From Candidatus Moraniibacteriota bacterium (GTDB lineage: Bacteria > Patescibacteriota > Minisyncoccia > Moranbacterales > UBA2206), in contig JAAXWW010000002.1 in assembly GCA_013334765.1 (NCBI GenBank), forward strand, positions 21,453 to 85,452: DNA of 64,000 bases, written 5' to 3'. Positions 58,607 to 64,000 of this stretch are shown in pieces (position 1 is the stretch's first letter; every line of letters begins with the position of its first letter). The translations under genes and the position numbers were made by a program. The notes under the pieces are model-generated. The model was not told where the DNA came from, made no database searches, and saw nothing but the letters and a program-made list of their open reading frames with translations.

Positions 58607-59545
58607 TTAGGCTTCTGTGATTTCTTTTATCGAATAGTTCATGCGGTTCATGCTTTTGTAGTAGTTCTTGACCAGGATATCGGACAGGATTCCGGAAACG
58701 AACAGCTGGATTCCGACGACGATAAGGAGCACTCCGACCAGCGGCCAGATCTTTTCGGAAATGGAAGCTTGGAAAACGATCTTGTCGATGGCCATCCAAA
58801 GGAGAATCAAGCTTCCGATGAGCGAGAGGAAGATGCCGGTTCCGCCGAAAAGATGCAGCGAGCGGTTGGAATATTTCCGCCAGAACCAAATGGAAATCAT
58901 GTCGACAAAGCCTTTGACAGCGCGTCTCCAATTGTATTTCGTCACGCCGTGCATCCTGGCTCGGTGATTGACTTTCACTTCCCCGACGCTATACCCTTGA
59001 AGCTCGAGAAGGGCCGGGATGAAGCGATGCATTTCCCCAAAAAGATCGACTTCCTTGAAACATTCCCGCTTGTATGCTTTCAAGCTGCAGCCGCTGTCGT
59101 GGATCTTGTCCTGAATAAGGACCTTCCTGAGAAGATTGGCGCCGCGCGAAAAGAATTTCTTGGAAAAAGTATCCTTCCTTTTGAATCTCCAGCCGGAGAC
59201 GATATCATATCCGCCCTCTTCCATTTCCTTGATGAGCAGCCCGATGTCGTTGGGATCATTCTGGAGATCTCCGTCCATCGTGACAACCACTTCTCCGGTC
59301 GATGCCTTGATGCCGGCATCGAAGGCGGCGGTCTGTCCGAAATTCTTGCGGAACCTTATGAGCCGGAGCGGCGTGAGGCCTTTGCATTCCTCGACTGTCT
59401 TGTCGCTCGAACCGTCATCGATGAAAACTATCTCGTATGACCTTCCCAATTTCTTGCAGGCGTTATTGATCTGCTTGTGGAGTTCTATGACATTCCCCTC
59501 TTCGTTGTAAAGCGGAACGACCACGGATAAGAACTTTCCTTCCAT
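58607..59545 (-). CDS. GT2 polyprenyl-phosphate glycosyltransferase (ArnC/GtrB-like)
   Basis: VVPLYNEE, DDGS, RKNFGQTAA, MDGDLQND, GEMHRFIP, two C-terminal TM. Confidence 0.92.
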   Translation of the reverse strand: MEGKFLSVVVPLYNEEGNVIELHKQINNACKKLGRSYEIVFIDDGSSDKTVEECKGLTPLRLIRFRKNFGQTAAFDAGIKASTGEVVVTMDGDLQNDPNDIGLLIKEMEEGGYDIVSGWRFKRKDTFSKKFFSRGANLLRKVLIQDKIHDSGCSLKAYKRECFKEVDLFGEMHRFIPALLELQGYSVGEVKVNHRARMHGVTKYNWRRAVKGFVDMISIWFWRKYSNRSLHLFGGTGIFLSLIGSLILLWMAIDKIVFQASISEKIWPLVGVLLIVVGIQLFVSGILSDILVKNYYKSMNRMNYSIKEITEA

Positions 59546-59607
59546 GTGTTTTTAAGATAAATGATTATGGCCGACTCATATAATGTTAGTATAAAAGGCG
59601 GAAAATA

Positions 59608-59910
59608 TCAATTATTCCCGTCTTTTTCGTTCCTCAGCTCACGAATCGCCATCATGACAGTGAAAATCAGGAAATAATAGGCATAGATAGCGGTCTGTTC
59701 GGCAATATCCCTCCTTTCAGTCATCAGGAAAAAAGGGGTGGCGACAAGCAGCGCTATCGCTCCTGAAGCGAAGATCCGGCTCGGAAGCGGATGCAGTATT
59801 ATCCATACGAACAGCGTAAAGAAGACAGTATCCAGCCAGGCCCATTGGAAATGGACGCCCATCGCGACCGCCGCTGCCAGGAATATCAAGTTGATGATTT
59901 TCTTTTTCAT
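59608..59910 (-). CDS. Small membrane protein
   Basis: Three or four hydrophobic segments; PF......AEQ.AIYAYYFL. Confidence 0.8.
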   Translation of the reverse strand: MKKKIINLIFLAAAVAMGVHFQWAWLDTVFFTLFVWIILHPLPSRIFASGAIALLVATPFFLMTERRDIAEQTAIYAYYFLIFTVMMAIRELRNEKDGNN

Positions 59911-59914
59911 ATGG

Positions 59915-61585
59915 TTATTTCCTATTGAACCCGGCTGTGAATTTCAGATTCTTGAGCCCGAAATATTTGGATTTCTGCGGGCTGTCCGGGTCATATGCGA
60001 TTTTCAGGTATACGTCTTTCGAGCTTGTCGAGACTTGCGAAGCGAAATCGAATTCCTGAAGCTGAGCCCCGGCTGTTCCCGAAGCGGTATCTGAAACCGA
60101 GTTGTCGGTATCGTCCGCTTGCGAATCACCCGCGGATTGATCAGAGCTGTCGGGTTCTTGACTGCTATCATCTTCCGAGGAAACATCAGTGTCCGACTGG
60201 TCACCTATCCCAGCAACCTCAGCACTTGGGATTTCCTGCCAATTCAAGTTGTCGAAAGAATAATAGGCTTTGACGCTGTTCCAGCCCGCCCTCGCCTGTT
60301 CAGCCTGGAAGGAAATGGCAAAAATAGGATGCCCCGCGTGGAAACGATAGACATATTCGCTGCCTGGTTTGGACGAACCGATGATTATCTTCTTGCTGCT
60401 ATCAAAACTCGCTCCTTTGGAGGAATCCAGATCAGCCATGTCCATGAATGTCCCAGAGGTCGCGTATGCATACATGCCTTTTCTTTTTCCTGAATCTTCG
60501 ATGCTGGCGCCGGAAAGCAGTTTCTGTCCGTCGTATTCCTCGAACCCGGCACCGTATGTCGCGAAGAACAGGTCCCCGTCTATCTTATAGAAATTCTTCC
60601 CCTGTTTCATGAAGGCGCTGCCGTCCGAATAGGCGCTCTCTTTTTTCGAACCGAGAAGCACCAGATGATTGGAATCGCTGACATCCACTTTGGAATTGTC
60701 TATGCCTATCATATACAATTTCCCTTTTTCAATAGGCCCATAGAGAGGGAAACGGAAAGATCCGTCATCCTGGCGGTATTTGTCCAGATCGCTCCCGACA
60801 GAAAACCTCACCTCGGCAATAGCGGAACTTATATCGTCCACATTGACTCCGTCATAATCGGCTTCTTTCAAGAACAGGGAATATTCGCGCGATCCGGGAT
60901 CGAGGCCTTTGACGATATTCATCTTGAGCGAAACGCCTGAGAGATAGTCGCTGTCAGCCTTGAACACCTGGCCGATGACCGTCTTCGGGCTCTTGAGCCA
61001 TGGGAATTCATAGGAAGAATCCTTCGTCTCGGATTGATCGACAAGCGTCGTGTCGACATTCCCGAAAACGGTCGGCAGAAGAGCGGCGAATTCCGCATCG
61101 CTTGAAATTCCGAGCTGAGACAGCTTGACGCTTTTTATGAAAACGCCAGCTCCGTCTTTCGGATCGTTTTTCTCGAAAACGACATTCGGGTATGTGCCGT
61201 CCACCTGGAAGAGTATTTCCTTGTTCCGATATTCGCCCGATGGGGCCAGGTCGAAATCCTGCAAGCCTTGGTCCTTCTCGGAATAGGTGGCCATCTTGAC
61301 CGCGACATGCGTTTCCTTGTCAGTTTTCAGCTGATATGTCAGCCGATAATAGCCGGCGTTTCTGTCTTTCAGGATATCGTCGACATAATAGAAAGGGTTC
61401 TCGTCGCTGAGATTCGGCACATCGGCAACCTTGGCGCATTTGCCGGAAGTGCAGTCTTCCGTCTTGATCGTCTGGGTCGTGAACAGTCCTTGGCTTATGG
61501 AAAAAGCCAAAACCAAAACGATGACAGCCAGGATATGCCGGGTATATTCTTTCAGAAATTGTCTCATTGTTCCCATGTCATTCAT
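59915..61585 (-). CDS. Membrane-anchored extracellular protein with an acidic Ser/Asp-rich segment
   Basis: N-terminal TM, beta-rich body, DQSDTDVSSEDDSSQEPDSSDQS segment; ORF track start 61612. Confidence 0.75.
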   Translation of the reverse strand: MNDMGTMRQFLKEYTRHILAVIVLVLAFSISQGLFTTQTIKTEDCTSGKCAKVADVPNLSDENPFYYVDDILKDRNAGYYRLTYQLKTDKETHVAVKMATYSEKDQGLQDFDLAPSGEYRNKEILFQVDGTYPNVVFEKNDPKDGAGVFIKSVKLSQLGISSDAEFAALLPTVFGNVDTTLVDQSETKDSSYEFPWLKSPKTVIGQVFKADSDYLSGVSLKMNIVKGLDPGSREYSLFLKEADYDGVNVDDISSAIAEVRFSVGSDLDKYRQDDGSFRFPLYGPIEKGKLYMIGIDNSKVDVSDSNHLVLLGSKKESAYSDGSAFMKQGKNFYKIDGDLFFATYGAGFEEYDGQKLLSGASIEDSGKRKGMYAYATSGTFMDMADLDSSKGASFDSSKKIIIGSSKPGSEYVYRFHAGHPIFAISFQAEQARAGWNSVKAYYSFDNLNWQEIPSAEVAGIGDQSDTDVSSEDDSSQEPDSSDQSAGDSQADDTDNSVSDTASGTAGAQLQEFDFASQVSTSSKDVYLKIAYDPDSPQKSKYFGLKNLKFTAGFNRK

Positions 61586-63683
61586 TATGCCTTTTTTTAG
61601 CGTCGAGGACAAGAAAAGCGGCAGTTGTCAGAAAAGCCGCTACCATGGCGATGATGCCGAGGTTGAGATAGGCTTGGGGTTTGAAAAAAATAGTCAGCCG
61701 GATATCTATGCTTCCGTCGCTGTTCATGGAATAGCTTCCGGATGGAAATTTTTTCTTCACATATTCCGGATCGATCAGGAATGAATTGAGTTTGGCGTCG
61801 TTTTGGAAGTGATCGGCATCAGGAAGAAAATAATCGCTTTTCGCGATAGCATCCATCCAGCTGATGCCGTCCGCGCCCAGTTTCCAATCAGGATGATAGG
61901 CTTCGGAAAAATTGAGCCAGACAGGATTCCTGACATCCTTGATGGTGAGCGAATATCGAACCGGGCTTTTTTGGACATACTCGACAGCCTGAAACGGCAG
62001 ATTCCTGTGAACGGTTTCCATCCGATCGGTCGCATAGATATGCGGGCGATAATCCGGGTTCTCGAAAATTTCACTTTTTTCCAAATCGACACCGCTATCA
62101 ACAAGCCCCGAGACACTGCTTGCGCTATCGACATACAGCCCGCCTTTTTTTTCTGCGATAACATATTTTACGGAACTGATATCGAGGATGTTCTTGAAAT
62201 ACGGCAGATTGAAAGTATGGATTATTCTTTCTCTTCTGCTAGCATCATCGCCCTGCCCGTAATTCTTGGAAAAGCTGCCCCAATCCCCTTTCTCCATTTC
62301 AACCATATTCATTTTAGGGTGCCGATTGCTATAGGTCGAAAAAATAGATTCCGAAGGAACCATGAGCGTCCGATAGAAATCATCTTTGCTGTTCACGATC
62401 TCCCGTATGGCAAGATCCTCAGCCGACGGATTCTTCGGCACGAACATAGTCCCGATCTTTCCAGTAAGGATTGACTGAGCGTTCCACAGGAACAATCCCG
62501 AAACGAAAACCGCGACGGCATATTTTCCCCAGGACGCAAATCGGCTCCCTTTGCGGCTTTCAATGATCCAGGAAACGAAAGATCCGATCAGAATGGAATA
62601 TCCCATGGCGATCAGAACGAAGAATTTGCTGGCTTCGCGGAAAGCTCCGAATCCGGGAACGCTGTCATGCAGCCAGAGATAGAAATGACTGAAAGGCTCA
62701 GCGGTCTGCTTAGTGAGGACTATTCCGATCATCGAAACTATCGCAAAAAAAACGACGTTCCTGTTTTTCCTTCCGAACCAAAGTCCGCAGGATGCGAAGA
62801 CCGGAACGAGCCAGAAATACAGAGGGATGGATTGCTCTTCGAACCAGAGCGGGACCGCTCCGGTCCAGAAAGGATGGAACAGCGTCATGGCGCGCGGAAG
62901 ATCCAACGAGAAATCGATGATATCCCTTGAAAGGACATCATTGGCAGCGAGCGATCCCATCTTGGCGAAAGCCAGGATCCAATAGAGATTGAAAAGGATC
63001 GTGAGAAGAGCGAAAACCGAAAGGCTCGCCAGCGCTTTTTTGAAATGATTTTCTTTCTGCTCCGTGGCGATCGAAAAAAGGAAATAGAAAAAAACGATGA
63101 AGCCCAGGATATATGCGACTCGGAAATCATATGACCCGACAACGAAAAACGAGAGCGCCGAGAGCGCCGAAAAAGCGATTCTTGATTCTTCCAATGCCTT
63201 GATGAAGAACAAGATGACCAGCGGCGCAAATGATCCGGCAACAGACAAGGAAAAATGGCCCTGTGTGTTTATGGCCAAGAAATAGGTATTGAAAGAATAG
63301 GCTATGGCGGCAACGATGGCGCCGATGTCGTTTTTGAGAATTCTTCTGCCCAAAAAGAAGCTGGCGAGCGGCGTCACGAAGATGAACGGCCAGAAAATGA
63401 AGAACTTGTCCGCCACATTGGAAGGAAATCCGAAATGTCCGAAGATTCCCGGCAGGGCATCGAAAAGGAGCATCCAGATGGTGATATTGGGCGAACCGAG
63501 ACCGATGCTCCCCCGCCAGATGGAAAGGGTGAAATATTCCTTGAGCGTTTCGGGAAAACGGAACCAATAGTCGGCGAAGGAGAAGATATCGAAAGACATC
63601 CAGCGGTGATATATGACCGCGGAAATGACGATGAGCGCGACAATCGCCCAGTTTTTCTTGAAAGTGTTTTTCAGTTTTTCCAT
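61578..63683 (-). CDS. Large polytopic membrane protein (YfhO/AftD-like GT-C candidate)
   Basis: Multiple TM segments, FAD loop, Y.FNTY, N.YW, FRE.SKF, FSEAYHPDW; start MEKLK lies after the terminator at 63735-63767. Confidence 0.72.
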   Translation of the reverse strand: MEKLKNTFKKNWAIVALIVISAVIYHRWMSFDIFSFADYWFRFPETLKEYFTLSIWRGSIGLGSPNITIWMLLFDALPGIFGHFGFPSNVADKFFIFWPFIFVTPLASFFLGRRILKNDIGAIVAAIAYSFNTYFLAINTQGHFSLSVAGSFAPLVILFFIKALEESRIAFSALSALSFFVVGSYDFRVAYILGFIVFFYFLFSIATEQKENHFKKALASLSVFALLTILFNLYWILAFAKMGSLAANDVLSRDIIDFSLDLPRAMTLFHPFWTGAVPLWFEEQSIPLYFWLVPVFASCGLWFGRKNRNVVFFAIVSMIGIVLTKQTAEPFSHFYLWLHDSVPGFGAFREASKFFVLIAMGYSILIGSFVSWIIESRKGSRFASWGKYAVAVFVSGLFLWNAQSILTGKIGTMFVPKNPSAEDLAIREIVNSKDDFYRTLMVPSESIFSTYSNRHPKMNMVEMEKGDWGSFSKNYGQGDDASRRERIIHTFNLPYFKNILDISSVKYVIAEKKGGLYVDSASSVSGLVDSGVDLEKSEIFENPDYRPHIYATDRMETVHRNLPFQAVEYVQKSPVRYSLTIKDVRNPVWLNFSEAYHPDWKLGADGISWMDAIAKSDYFLPDADHFQNDAKLNSFLIDPEYVKKKFPSGSYSMNSDGSIDIRLTIFFKPQAYLNLGIIAMVAAFLTTAAFLVLDAKKRHNE

Positions 63684-63793
63684 GAAAAGAAGCCCGTTAT
63701 GCGATATTCCAAGGATATCACGGAAGGAAAAATTAAAAAAGGCGGCCTTCCTGTTGGAAGAACCGCCATTGAAAAAGAAAACGCGCCCTAGAT

Positions 63794-64000
63794 TCACGCT
63801 CTCAGCTCGACATGGCATGAATGATCGTCGGAAAGCAGAACGCCGAATTGACATTCGACGTGTCTGCAAATCGACGCGATACACTTGATGACAGCCATCG
63901 CCTCTTTCGGCCTCAGTGTGCCTTCTTTAAGAAAGAGGCGCAGCGCCGCAATGACAATCCGGCAGGATAGCTCCGATCGAACCAATAGGTCATATACCTC
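63794..64000 (-). CDS. Orphan hypothetical protein (5'-partial), Cys/His-rich C-terminus
   Basis: Open frame to the window edge, followed by the GGCGG...CCGCCTTTTTT terminator. Confidence 0.5.
   Translation of the reverse strand, partial: EVYDLLVRSELSCRIVIAALRLFLKEGTLRPKEAMAVIKCIASICRHVECQFGVLLSDDHSCHVELRA

Noticed and set aside
63684-63884. N-terminal extension of the 768 aa ORF
   Set aside because: Crosses a terminator and the upstream gene; MEKLK at 63683 is the better start
1-64000. Alternative genetic code (UGA=Gly)
   Set aside because: Conserved genes are full-length in code 11 and some, such as priA, end at TGA

Overview
Chromosomal window from a bacterium using the standard code 11. 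The gene content and SD-less, A-rich starts suggest a CPR/Patescibacteria (Parcubacteria, Moranbacteria-like) genome; this is an inference. It holds housekeeping genes (yidD, ispG/ispH, obgE, groES, priA-def-fmt, gltX, an Rrf2-iscS-iscU operon, rpmA, pyrG, rplI, ctpA). A ~33 kb cell-surface glycosylation region (30.7-63.7 kb) contains four paralogous GT-C-type membrane glycosyltransferases. Three things stand out. (1) A decaying integron-like cassette array with no integrase in the window (20.3-23.7 kb): one intact attC, four attC 5'-half remnants and an attI-like site, with an Fe-S PD-(D/E)XK nuclease gene where an integrase would normally sit. (2) About ten small orphan genes, most with their own near-consensus sigma70 promoter, a Shine-Dalgarno motif that the core genes lack, and a long hairpin terminator; four encode proteins ending in Ala-Ala. 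(3) An AT-rich 1.7 kb gap (14.3-15.9 kb) with a dif-like site and three small ORFs below the ORF-track cutoff. No rRNA, tRNA or CRISPR array was recognised. All calls come from reading motifs by eye; no database searches were run.
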